A DNA stretch of 62,264 bases, counting the filler, from Stramenopiles sp. TOSAG23-3 (taxonomy: Eukaryota), in the NCBI GenBank assembly GCA_900128585.1. It is 4 parts of 4 records of this genome, joined end to end, with 100 filler letters (N's around TTAATTAATTAA, not from the genome) between each part and the next. Parts side by side here need not be neighbours in the genome. Positions count along the whole stretch, not along the records: positions 1 to 20,078 come from LT642384.1; positions 20,179 to 40,135 come from LT642385.1; 2 more parts are not named here. One strand, given 5' to 3'. The translations under genes and the position numbers were made by a program. The notes beneath the pieces are model-generated. The model saw only the letters and a list, made by a program, of their open reading frames with translations. It had not been told where the DNA came from and ran no database searches. Of this stretch, positions 11,501-22,172 are shown piece by piece. Every line of letters starts with the position of its first letter. Position 1 is the stretch's first letter.

Positions 11501-13120
11501 CTTCAGTACCAAACATTCAACGCCAGCGAAAAGATTGTAACGGAAGCGTTAGCAGCAGCGGTGGGGTTTGCCGTGCACGAAAGGTTTCGCGAGGAAATGA
11601 TAGATGCCGGCGGCATGAAGCATTTCCAACAGTTGATCATGGGCGCGACCTCCATGGTTGAAGGTGTCCATCGGGTCATTGATTTTGCAAACATTGGTTT
11701 GATCCTTTTGAACCCGAACCGCCCGACCAGCCCCCCCCATGTTTTCAAAAAGACTGTTTTGTTCGCGCAGCTGAAAAAATTTGTGGAGTGGGTTCAGCCG
11801 GGCGTGAGACTGGTCGAAGATCGTTGGAAGGCAATGGGTGCACTCGTGTCGTTCAGTAAATCCTTTTCTACGCACCATTTTTTTTTGGAAGAGGAGCATT
11901 TGACCCTCATTTTGAAGATTGCGATGACCTCTTCCCCCGACTTCAGTATGTTTGGATCTGCTCCATGCCAAAAAGAGGCTGTGGAAATACTCAAAAATTT
12001 GTCCCAAAATCCTCTGGGAATATTTCTTTGGATGCCCTTTTTGGAAAAAGACCGTTTGAGCTGGGATTATTCTGGTAATTTTGTTCCAGCAATTGGGAGG
12101 ACGAAACGGGCACCTGATTGGATTGCTGACGTGATCGATATCGAAGATGGTTCTAGCGACAGTGGCGGCGAGTCGGACGGGGAAGGGAAAACAAAATCAG
12201 TCCGGTGCAGAACGTTTCAAGAATACTGTGGGATGGTTTTGGGTTCTTACAATGTCGTTTTCACACAGGTGCAGGGCGTTCCGTTGTCACCCGACTACAC
12301 AATAAGTGTTTGGTTTCGTGGGGGAGAGTGGATTCTGAAGCGGCCAAACAAGCCGAACTTCTTTTATACGCTGGTCGAGAGCACCGTAGGGGACAAATTG
12401 ATTGCTCTCGATCACAATTGTCATTTAGGATGCATGGCTGCTGGGAAGCAGAAGAGGGGAGGGCTGCGGCACGCCCGTTGGTATAACACTGGGTTTGATT
12501 TTTCGGATGCATCCCACACCGGGGAACCTTTTGCTACAAATGCTGCGAAGAACAAGTGGTTTCACCTGCTCGTTATTGGACAGACGGTTACTCACGAGGG
12601 GGTCTCGAAGGACTACACCATTTTTTTCGTTAACCGAGTGGTTGTGAAGACAATGCTGTACAAATGCAAGTCAAACATATACTGTGTGGGTAATACGGCG
12701 CATCGATCGGACCTCGCATCGCATTGGGACGCAATCAGCCAATTTCGGGTTTACAATTACGCGTTTTCTCGGTCTCCGATGAGCTGGCCAGCTGAAATCG
12801 TTACCAAGCCGGCGGTTGACCAGTCTTCTTTGATGCATTATCGCCGGGCAGTGAAGCCCACCGACTCCCCGTTTTACGTCCTGAAAACTTTATCGACGAA
12901 TACGTCCTTAATCAACGGCCTGTTGCACTTGCTGCAATCACCCCTAGTTACGTTGAACCAGCTGGCACTTCAGACACTTTACAATATCTGCTGCTACCCA
13001 CCATCCCGTATTTTAGTGGCACAGAATTACAGATTGCTCGAGGTATTAGACCAGTTCAGTCGATCCACCGACGACACGCTGAAGGACTTTGCGAGAAGGG
13101 TTCTCATTGCGGTTTATTAA
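8580..13120 (+). CDS. Large (~1510 aa) ARM/HEAT-like protein with a Cys cluster and a C-terminal ConA/LamG-like domain; frameshift in G11 run at 10123-10133
   Basis: ORFs 8580..10202 and 10163..13120 join as ..REVRGGGEAWNQTLSKILYRDEGG.. if the G-run length is corrected. MGQSWS fits a myristoylation consensus; CEKC..CNCRYCHMC; DYTISVWFR..KWFHL..SQFRVYNYA is LamG-like. Confidence 0.72.
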
Positions 13121-13292
13121 GAAACTTTATAAATTCTTTAAAAAAGTAATATAGTAGAAAGTCGTGACTCAACATTTAATTAAAAATAAAGTACCTATCA
13201 TAATGCGATTTCTCTAATTTGGATTTTTAAGTTAATGTGCTATGTTACGAACTAGATTGTAAAAATGTATATTATCTTTCAACGAATCCATA

Positions 13293-13922
13293 CTAAGAGA
13301 TGACGCACGCTGCAGGAGGTTTCTGCCCTTGATCCAACTTCATGGCTACCACAGACGATTGGCACAAGCAGCAGGACTTGCTCTGGGTTACTGTTATGTG
13401 CCGACCGGCAAACGGTTGCGCCACAAGTTTCGACTCCTTCGGCCGCTTGTCAAGCGCCTGGACTGTGGATTGGCATCCTCCTAAATCCGATGAAACAGAC
13501 ACGTCCGCCGAATGATACACAATCAGTCGTTGTTGGCAACCAGATGTTTCAACGATCGCGTTGTTTGAAGGAGGAAATAGCATGTCTCTGGTATCTAAAT
13601 AGGTATTACTTTGGCACGCACAACAGTGCAAGCGCAACCGACCATTATTTGGAAAACGAAAAACCCCTTTGTAATTTTTCTTGGACTGGCACTGGCACAA
13701 ATTATTTGAAAGGAGTTCGTGAGCACCTCCACCGTAAACTACCTCCTGCTGCACGGGATATTGCGGCGGGTAAACCGCGTGCTGTTGCACGTACGCCATG
13801 TTTGGTTGCATCATGTTCTGCGGGTATTTTGGCTGGCCGACGCCTTGGACAGGAACTGGAACAGCTTCGCATTGAGCGATAGGAACGGGCCTGGACTCGA
13901 GTAATAAGTCTGTTTTGTCCAT
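13293..13922 (-). CDS. Pro/Gln-rich then Cys-rich protein with C-terminal CaaX (CVIS)
   Basis: First ATG at 13922 (MDKTDLL); repeated C-x-CQS motifs; ends ..AACVIS*. Confidence 0.7.
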   Translation of the reverse strand: MDKTDLLLESRPVPIAQCEAVPVPVQGVGQPKYPQNMMQPNMAYVQQHAVYPPQYPVQQEVVYGGGAHELLSNNLCQCQSKKNYKGVFRFPNNGRLRLHCCACQSNTYLDTRDMLFPPSNNAIVETSGCQQRLIVYHSADVSVSSDLGGCQSTVQALDKRPKESKLVAQPFAGRHITVTQSKSCCLCQSSVVAMKLDQGQKPPAACVIS

Positions 13923-14398
13923 GGGATTACTTGAGTTCCACACGACGTTTTCGTTTTGAAAAAAATAAGGAGACAGCAAAACTACCCCACCTCCCTTTCT
14001 TCAGAACAAGTCTACAAAATAATAGAGTATATCGCAATCTCATTCTTCGAAGTAATAAACACTCGCACAACAAGCTCCAAAAGAGCGAGACTTGATATTA
14101 TTAGTCTATTAAGAATTGGGAGGAGCGCTACTTCTTCTTGCTCCTCATTTTTTTCGATAATAATAAAAAAAAAATGCGAAAAAAAAAAGCTATTTTTTTA
14201 TAAGCCTATTATTACCTGCTGTATTTTTATTTTATAAATAAAATTAATAATAATAAAATGAATACGACCAAGACAAGACAAGATTTGGTTGTTGAAGAAC
14301 GAACGAAAAAAATCGAAAATGAGTACCGTACGGTATTTAATGTAATAACAGCAATATTACCCCTTATTTATTACACTTATAATATCTCTGTGGACTTC

Positions 14399-14805
14399 TC
14401 TTCTCAAAATAAATAATGAAATGACCCTTCGGAACGCCTGGCAGAGAGAGGCCTATTTCTATAATTTACGTATTTGTCGATAGAATGGGAAGAGCCATTC
14501 GGTAGAGATTCTAATCATTTACATAAACACAGTATACTTACATATGCTGTGTTTATATAGCTGATAACTCTACACTCAGGCCAGAATATTATATTGTATT
14601 AAGTACAAATTCCTATCATTATTAATGTCCTGAGTTAGTGTGATAAGGCGAATGAACACAGCATCAATAATTATGCTGTGTAAATACTAAGTCTTAGAAT
14701 CTCTACCGAGCGGCTCTTCCCATTCTATCGAGAATTAGGTAAATTATAGAAATAGGCCTCTCTCTGCCAGGCGTTCCGAAGGGTCATTTCATTATTTTGA
14801 GAAGA
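14399..14805. mobile_element. Foldback/MITE-like near-palindromic element
   Basis: 14399-14514 is the reverse complement of 14694-14805, with a perfect core of about 57 bp (14413-14469 vs 14739-14795); diverged symmetry continues almost to the centre. Confidence 0.85.
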
Positions 14806-14949
14806 TACGTAAATTGTATTAATTAGCTAGATATTTTTTTGGAATGTAGAACCTTCCTTCTTTATTTTGGTTTCTCCCCAGGTATTGGTATTATAATACA
14901 AGTAACTCAAAACCTGTCGTAATTAGGTTCGTAAAATTTTAGGTACTCC

Positions 14950-17712
14950 TCACTCCATTGCATCGAACGCAACGGCGCTCAAGGAAGGACCATTTCCTTT
15001 GACAGCAACTATGCGAAAACGGACGCTTTTATTGTACTTCCAGCTCATCCATGCGCCGCCCTGAAAATCCTCTACAATTGATATAGGAGATACCGTGTTC
15101 ATTGTCACTCGGTCAAATGCAACTACACCAACTTTGCGAGACCATTGGGAGTCTATCGTAGTTATCGCAGTCGGCCAGTCACACATGTAAAGTGAAATTT
15201 TAACATCGCCAGGGCTCCCCACACCCTCCGCGTTAAAGAGAAAATCGATGTACGAATTCAAGTAGTTCTTGTGATCAAAGTTAAGAATGGTCCCCAGACC
15301 GTAAACATTTTCTCCAGGTATTTTCAGAGCGCAAGACGATGAATTTTTGGGGCCCACAAACGTTCCTTCAGGGTACCTGTTTTCCCAAATTTTTGTCGAA
15401 AAATTGATTATGAATGGTGGCAGGTTAACAATATCAACCCCGGTCGTCAAAGGAGAAAACATTACCCACCCGTCTTTGCCATAATTATCATGCCAATCGG
15501 TGCCATTTGTTTCTCGGTCGATCCCTAGAAAATCAGCATCGTACCGTGCCGGTGGCAGAGTGAACGGGGGAGCACTGTCGAATGGTTTTTGCGGCCTCCA
15601 CTCTACGCGGTGGTCTCCATGGCCTAATGGCCCCAAGACGACGTAGCAAAGACCTCTGGTCTCACTCAGTATTTCATGGTGCAGCTTCATGTCTTTTCGA
15701 GGACTGAAATTGATCATCAAAGTCCCTTGTGGCCTGTTCTCATCACGGCACACATGCTCTTTACCTCGGTTTGAAGCCAATGAAAACTCAAACAAAGGCA
15801 ACCGCAAGGTCGCCTTCGTCCCGTTTGGAATCGCAATATTTAGCACCGTGGATTGGTGGACCTTGAGATCAATCTTGATTTCTTTGCTATGAAAAACAGG
15901 CACCGACCCACTAACATTCTCAAGCCGCTTTGGAAAAAAAATCCATTCCTTATAGCCTGGGAGAGTAGCCTTTACCCCCAGAAGATTTTCGGTCATCCAT
16001 GCCAGAACTCCGGATGCCCACGGGTGACAGAGAGACGTGCGGCCGTTGTTAAAAGACGGAAGACGGTCATTGGGCTCAAAAACATCCAACCATGTTGGGG
16101 AAAACGTTTCAAAATAAGTTGTTCCCCCAATTTCAGATTGGCCTCCCCAACACAGGCGAGCAACCTCCACGGCTTCGTTTATCCTTCCCTCAATCGATCC
16201 TAGGGCTTTAAGAACAAAGAATTGATTGAACGACGAAAAGGAACATATGTGCGCGGTTTGATTGTGGAAGTACATACGGTAGATCTTTCCCCTCTCTTCT
16301 GCCGACGTTAGACTTGGAGAAAGGAGCGCTTCGCTGATGGAATGCAGCGCAAAGAACGTAAACCACGTTTCGCGCCCCAGTTGATTTTGTATATTTTCGA
16401 CGATTCGGTTTCCTGCATTTCCGTACTTTTTGATCAGCCCCTCGTATGACTTGCTCTCGGGCAGTGTCCTCAAATCGTTCACAAACCTTTCCGTTGCACG
16501 CAACGTGAGCATTGAGTAAAGTCGCTGTGACTCTATGCACGAAGCATTCTCGAAACCGCAGCCAAGGCGCTCATCCCAGCCCACGAATGCCAGAGGGGGC
16601 GGATTTTCCCACGTGGCCCCCTTCATACCCCAGACCACGCGCGAACCTTCCAATTCAACCGCAGCGTTCAGCTTGGCCTCTATGTTTGGTATGTACGACT
16701 GAAATGTCGCATGATCACCGGACTCCTCGTAGTAGTCTAGCACTGAGAGAACCCAGTAGATCGAGTATGTAGCAATTGAATTACTGTCGTTGTGCGTGTT
16801 CCACAAGTTTTGCCGGACGAATTCATGCTGCCCGAACGCCTTCATGATGGCCATTTGCGAAATGTGGTCGTCGCCCGTCCACCCAATCCGGTCTCCTCGA
16901 TCCATCAAAATGGCATTTAGCATAAATTTGCTGGGTTTTACCATGCCAGGCAAGGGTGCCGTTGCCATATTTAATTTTGGGCACAATGCGGCACTATACC
17001 AGATGGTGCTGAGCTCTGCGTCGTTTGCCACATGGAAAGAGCCTCGGTAGGGAACAGGCAAAGTCTGCGCCACTGCTCGAACTTCGCGTATGTGCCACTT
17101 TGAATCTTTACCGCCCCCAAAATTTATGTTTACGAACCCAAATCGAATACCCTCGTAAATGTACGGGTTGGTCTCTATCCGGTACACCCCACCGGGGTAC
17201 GCCTTGGGCTGCAGAATCTTCCCCGGGTATTGAGAGCTGTCTTCAGAGAGAGAGAGAGTGAGGTTTGCGTACACGGACGCGGGAATGTCTTCGGTTACTA
17301 TTTCCAACCATCCCGCAGACTCGAACCCGAAATCAACTCGGAACGACCCTTCTCCCAGCACAGTGACAATGCTCTCATGGTCTACACAGGCACCCTTGAC
17401 CAAGCAGTGTAAGCCGACAAAGGAATCCGGAGTGTCCGTTTGCGCAGATTTTGGGTACACCACGTAAGACTGAAATTCGTCCTGCCGCGTGCTCTCTGGC
17501 CATACCGCATTTACCAAAGGGTCCGGACTGTTTTCACTGCCTGGCAACGGAACAGAGCGTTCGCCGCTATTCACAAGGGGGTATGGCCGGAGCGGGAGTG
17601 GCTTCGGGCTTGGCCCAGGAGAGGAATGACCATAAGCGTTATGGCAGAAAAAGGAAAGGACCAACATTAAGAGCGTTGGCAATCCCCATGTGCTCGCAAA
17701 CCTCTTTACCAT
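14950..17712 (-). CDS. Secreted alpha-L-rhamnosidase-like glycoside hydrolase (GH78)
   Basis: Signal peptide; VDFGFESAGWLE, DRGDRIGWTGDDH, GGTTYFETF, SLCHPWASG, LLGVKATLPGYKEW. Confidence 0.88.
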   Translation of the reverse strand: MVKRFASTWGLPTLLMLVLSFFCHNAYGHSSPGPSPKPLPLRPYPLVNSGERSVPLPGSENSPDPLVNAVWPESTRQDEFQSYVVYPKSAQTDTPDSFVGLHCLVKGACVDHESIVTVLGEGSFRVDFGFESAGWLEIVTEDIPASVYANLTLSLSEDSSQYPGKILQPKAYPGGVYRIETNPYIYEGIRFGFVNINFGGGKDSKWHIREVRAVAQTLPVPYRGSFHVANDAELSTIWYSAALCPKLNMATAPLPGMVKPSKFMLNAILMDRGDRIGWTGDDHISQMAIMKAFGQHEFVRQNLWNTHNDSNSIATYSIYWVLSVLDYYEESGDHATFQSYIPNIEAKLNAAVELEGSRVVWGMKGATWENPPPLAFVGWDERLGCGFENASCIESQRLYSMLTLRATERFVNDLRTLPESKSYEGLIKKYGNAGNRIVENIQNQLGRETWFTFFALHSISEALLSPSLTSAEERGKIYRMYFHNQTAHICSFSSFNQFFVLKALGSIEGRINEAVEVARLCWGGQSEIGGTTYFETFSPTWLDVFEPNDRLPSFNNGRTSLCHPWASGVLAWMTENLLGVKATLPGYKEWIFFPKRLENVSGSVPVFHSKEIKIDLKVHQSTVLNIAIPNGTKATLRLPLFEFSLASNRGKEHVCRDENRPQGTLMINFSPRKDMKLHHEILSETRGLCYVVLGPLGHGDHRVEWRPQKPFDSAPPFTLPPARYDADFLGIDRETNGTDWHDNYGKDGWVMFSPLTTGVDIVNLPPFIINFSTKIWENRYPEGTFVGPKNSSSCALKIPGENVYGLGTILNFDHKNYLNSYIDFLFNAEGVGSPGDVKISLYMCDWPTAITTIDSQWSRKVGVVAFDRVTMNTVSPISIVEDFQGGAWMSWKYNKSVRFRIVAVKGNGPSLSAVAFDAME

Positions 17713-18243
17713 TGTTGGGTCAAAAAGGCGAGAACACCGATCAATAAATACTATACAACGGCACAGAATTAGTCGAAAAAACAGAGTTCAATAATTACTT
17801 TTCTGAACACACTTGAAGCGTATCCTACATATTGCGTTTCCCTCTCTATAAAATTAAATTGTATATACGAACCGATGAAATCACAAAATCCAAAATTCAA
17901 AAACCTAAGTTGGTCGTCGTCGGACGGATGATCGCCGCTGAGGAGAAGACAACAACAACACACACCACTCTCATCATCAAAGATTTGGTTGATCTTTATG
18001 CTGTGTTCTTGTTGTTTTTTATATATTATAGTATAAGTTATAATTCATAATAATATCCTCCCAAAAGAAGAAGAAGTGGTGGTGAAAAATTGTTTGTGTG
18101 TGATGAGAACAAAAAATAGAAACAATTAATGAACGGATAGGGGAAAAAGCAAAAAAAGATTTGAATTGGCATGTGCCATCATGGAAATTAGGGATTGAAA
18201 GAATTTGTTAAGAATTAGTATTTAACGTCCACATAGAACAATC

Positions 18244-19791
18244 ATGCCTAGCTTGTTAGTAGTGTTTCTTTTGGAGTGTTGCTTCTTTGGTTGGTTTGGC
18301 GACGGGGTTAGTGTCGAGGTGAGTCTGACGGAACCAATTGCGGTAACGTCGCCTAGTTTTGTTGGTGTCAATATTGATGCTGCTTCCCTTTATCAAGGAA
18401 CCCGGCTGGACGTTGCTGACGTTCGCTTCCGGGACTTTGCGTGTAAGTTCGGAGAAGTAAGAGACAGTCCAATGACCCTTCGAATTGGTGGTTCGGCAGC
18501 AGACGACCTGTCCACTTTTCTGAACAGCACGAGGCACGGGCATATATTTTTAACAAGGGATTACTGGGACGACATCATTGACTTTGTTGACGCCTGCGGT
18601 TTCAATTTGGCGTGGGACTTGAACATGCGAATTGGGCGCAGCACTAACTCTAGCGACCCGTGGGACCCACAAGACACCTTGCGTCTCCTCGACCATGTTC
18701 GGGAAAAGCACCAAAGCGTCTGGGCGTTGCAGTTGGGAAACGAGCCGGGACATTACCAGACCCGCAACGGCGGGCTTCCGACGGCCAAGCAGCACGGCGC
18801 GGACTTCGTTGCACTCGACAAAATTTTGTCCAAATATTACCCCCCTGGCTCCAACTTGGAGACCAAGAGGCCTCGCATGCAAGGACCGGACGTGTGCTTT
18901 GGGGCTGGGACGCAGACGCAGCCATGCGCCGACATGTCCTATTTTCGGGACGTGCTGTCAGTCCTGGGCCCGAGTATGCTGACCGACATTACTGGTCACG
19001 CCTACGGCCTGCGAGGACCAAAGAAGGGGAGGGTAGAGCCGTCCCAGTGTACGATTGAAGCATTTCTAAACCCGGAACTCTTTCAAGCGCAAGTGATCGC
19101 GCCGGTTTCGAAATGGAAAGCGGCAATGAAGGAGCTAGCGCCAGCCTCCAACTTTATCCTTTCCGAGACCGCGAGCGCCGCGGATGGTGGCTGCCCCAAC
19201 TTATCGAACCGCTTTGTGTCCGGGTTTTACTACATGGAAATTTTGGGCGCGCTCGGAGACATGGGAGTATTTCAAGTTTACCGTCAAAACTTGGTTGGTT
19301 ACGGCGGGATAAATTTTGGCTCATCTTACGCGCTCCTTGACCCCCCTGGGTGGTTTGCAGGGGGCGATCAGTTGGTTCCAAACCCTGACTACTTCACGGC
19401 CCTGCTGTACAGAAAGTTGGTTGGCACGGCCCGTTTGAAGGTGGACGTGCCCAGCGACCAATACATCCACGCGGCTTGCGCCGTTGGAGGTGGGGTGGTA
19501 CTGACGTATATCAACCCATCACCCGACGCCCTGGAGGTCAACATTACCTTCACCGCCGGGGATATGCCGAGCCCCTGCACCAACTACGGGAGCGAGACCG
19601 CAGGCATGGTGGTGGAAAAGTACATTTTGACTGCCCCCCAAGGGAATTTGACTTCAGACCAGGTCGAATTGAATGGGAAAGTCCTGAGTATGTCTTCGGC
19701 CTTGGAACCGTCAAACTCGTTTCATGAGACCGTCGTGAACGTGCCCCCATTTTCGTACGGGTTTCTGGTTTCCAAGGCGTCCGCAAAGTAG
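18244..19791 (+). CDS. Secreted heparanase/beta-glucuronidase-like glycoside hydrolase (GH79)
   Basis: Signal peptide; FVGVNID, LRIGGSAAD, acid/base QLGNEP, nucleophile ILSETASA, SNRFVSGF, RQNLVG, PNPDYF. Confidence 0.92.
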   Translation: MPSLLVVFLLECCFFGWFGDGVSVEVSLTEPIAVTSPSFVGVNIDAASLYQGTRLDVADVRFRDFACKFGEVRDSPMTLRIGGSAADDLSTFLNSTRHGHIFLTRDYWDDIIDFVDACGFNLAWDLNMRIGRSTNSSDPWDPQDTLRLLDHVREKHQSVWALQLGNEPGHYQTRNGGLPTAKQHGADFVALDKILSKYYPPGSNLETKRPRMQGPDVCFGAGTQTQPCADMSYFRDVLSVLGPSMLTDITGHAYGLRGPKKGRVEPSQCTIEAFLNPELFQAQVIAPVSKWKAAMKELAPASNFILSETASAADGGCPNLSNRFVSGFYYMEILGALGDMGVFQVYRQNLVGYGGINFGSSYALLDPPGWFAGGDQLVPNPDYFTALLYRKLVGTARLKVDVPSDQYIHAACAVGGGVVLTYINPSPDALEVNITFTAGDMPSPCTNYGSETAGMVVEKYILTAPQGNLTSDQVELNGKVLSMSSALEPSNSFHETVVNVPPFSYGFLVSKASAK

Positions 19792-19882
19792 ACAGGGAGT
19801 GTTTAATATCGACAAACTATGTGTAAAAAAACCCTTCGAGTTCAGTTTTTCTCTAAATATTGGTAAAAAGTATATTAACTTT

Positions 19883-20016
19883 TAATAACAGCCAATTTTC
19901 TTGTTTTAATGTTTCATTTGTGAAGTAAATGTGCTTCCATTTGATTTGTAAACCAAATGTGTGTTTTTATAAAACAAGAAAATTGGCTGTTATTTAAGTT
20001 AATTAAATTTAGCTTC
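19883..20016. repeat. Two back-to-back inverted copies of the AAACAAGAAAATTGGCTGTTATT repeat family
   Basis: 19883-19908 (reverse) and 19970-20016 (forward); the same word occurs at 50909 and 53833-54426. Confidence 0.85.
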
Positions 20017-20078
20017 GTCGTACCCTAATCCTAACTTGGTTCTGTAATTTCGTCTCATTGATGGTTGTCAATCATCAT

Positions 20079-20178
20079 NNNNNNNNNNNNNNNNNNNNNN
20101 NNNNNNNNNNNNNNNNNNNNNNTTAATTAATTAANNNNNNNNNNNNNNNNNNNNNNNNNNNNNNNNNNNNNNNNNNNN
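20079..20178. other. Artificial contig linker (N44-TTAATTAATTAA-N44)
   Basis: Six-frame stop spacer within Ns. Confidence 0.98.
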
Positions 20179-20492
20179 AAGAAGAGAGTGGAGAGTGATG
20201 ATATATTTATATTTATTATAATAAAATTGTGGTTTTCGTTCAGCCTAATAATACTATGTATATAAATATGTACATTTTTCCTTCTTCCTGCCTTTTTTGT
20301 TATTCACCGTTCTTTGTTGAAACTGTTTTGTTGTTGATGTTTCATTGCATGGACAGATGAATGTTTCTTAGCAAGATTTCCAGTTATTTGACGAAGAAAG
20401 TTTTTTTTACTGTTTTCCTTTGTTGTTTTAATTGTAGAAATATAGCGTTGAATTCCTACATTTGATTGGTGTTTCCTTTTCCTGGCATTGAT

Positions 20493-20852
20493 ATGTCCTT
20501 ATCATCATCCCCTCGGTCTCGTAGTAGAAGTAGAGGAGGCACCCGCCGTCGTGTCTCCCCCCCTGCAAACTACAAGCCCATGCCCGGTATGGTAACGAAC
20601 GTCCTTCACAACCGGCCGACCAACCGAGTCGAAAACGAAATGCGAAAATTAATGTTGCAGAAGAAACAAAACGAGGAACATAGAATGGAGACCATCCGCG
20701 TCAATACAGAGCTGAAACAGTCCGACGTACGGGCCAAACGAAACTTACAGAAGACGCAAGGGAAGATAATTAGTTACCAGAAGAGAATGGAAAGGGAAGT
20801 AAAGAAGCATGAAGCAAAGCGAAAGGCCAGCAAAAAGAGTCCATCTCGTTGA
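20493..20852 (+). CDS. Short basic coiled-coil protein, possibly partial
   Basis: ATG at 20493 (MSLSSSPRSRSRSRGG..), then a helical K/R/E/Q-rich segment. Confidence 0.5.
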   Translation: MSLSSSPRSRSRSRGGTRRRVSPPANYKPMPGMVTNVLHNRPTNRVENEMRKLMLQKKQNEEHRMETIRVNTELKQSDVRAKRNLQKTQGKIISYQKRMEREVKKHEAKRKASKKSPSR

Positions 20853-21290
20853 TGTTTTGCCCCGGTGGATGGCCTTGGCTTTTCCGTCATTTTGCGCATT
20901 ATGTCTTTCATCTCCTCCTGACCCACAGGAATATTCTGTTGGTCCCCCTGGAAATACTTTAATAAAGAAAAGATTTCGTCGAGAACAGACGAAATGGTTT
21001 TCCGTTCTTTCCTTCTTTATTTCGGGGGTGTGATTAATTACCTAAAATTTCCTAACGCAAATATATTCTAAATTAGTCCATAATCTAATTTTATTTTAGG
21101 ATTCTATTGTGAAATCTAACGATATTTTTGATAGAATTAAGGAATAAGTCTAATTACGATCAAAATAACAATTCTATTTGCCTAACGCGTGACTAACGCA
21201 TTACAATGCAGAACACCACAATCTAGTTATAATTATGACTTATCGACGGCATAATTAGGCAGAAGCGGGATATTAATATAACACTAAAAA

Positions 21291-22000
21291 CTAAAAGCCT
21301 GAGCCATTTGCTTTTCTATTTATTTGGTGACTAGCATGCAAGATTGAGTATTTCGGGTCAGTGTGAAATTCGTTCCTGCATGTGCTGAGCAGAGCCGTGC
21401 GCATCATCTTGTGTTGGTCTTTCCGTGGTGCCGACAACCATGCAGGCGGGAGTATTAGGCGATTGTGCGCCATTGCCTCAATGCATGCTAGTAATAGACA
21501 GTGTCGTCTCTCGGGATGTCCATTACCCGATAACCCTGGGGGGCGTGGCTGGGCGGCCTTGGCTTTATTTTTCGCGCGGGCGTCCCGGTAGGGCCGCCTC
21601 TTTGGCGGTGGGGGGACACGGCCTTTGTCTCGTCCTTGTCCGCTTGGCGTATTGGTGGTTCCGGTGATTTCCACTGTGATAAATACCTGTTCCCGATCTC
21701 CATCAGGGTTTGCTCTGCTGCAAGGTTCCTGATGTTTACGTCGGTGCATATTTCCATGCGGCATTGTGTCGGTCCAAGATGATTGACCGAAGTCGTGCCG
21801 TACTTGCCTCCCTCGAGCGGCGCCACAGTACGTTCCATAACCGGTCTGTTCGTTCTGCCCCTGTCATTTGCGATAGTAAAGGATCGAATACGTACTGACC
21901 TCTGGGCGGTTCGTACTGAAGTGCGTTGAGCGAGAGACGGATGGCTTCCCCAGATAGGTACTGGTCCGGCAGGAGTGTGGAGAGTGCATTGTGCTTGTCT
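21291..22000 (-). pseudogene. Degenerate GC-rich coding relic, possibly transposon-derived (weak Ulp1/C48-like motif)
   Basis: Broken minus-strand frames, one reading ALSTLLPDQYLSGEAIRLSLNALQYEPPRGQYVFDPLLSQM; no intact ORF. Confidence 0.3.
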
Positions 22001-22172
22001 TGCTCTGTATTATATATATTAATTAAGTATTTAATTCAAGATTTTTTATTAATCTCTTCAATAATCATTGCCTCTGCCTTCAAAACATTTGATCCTCCTC
22101 TCGTGGCCGTCAGTAATATCCGCATATTTCTTCTCCAAAACCAATATTAAGATCACCTTCCAATTCCTCTAC

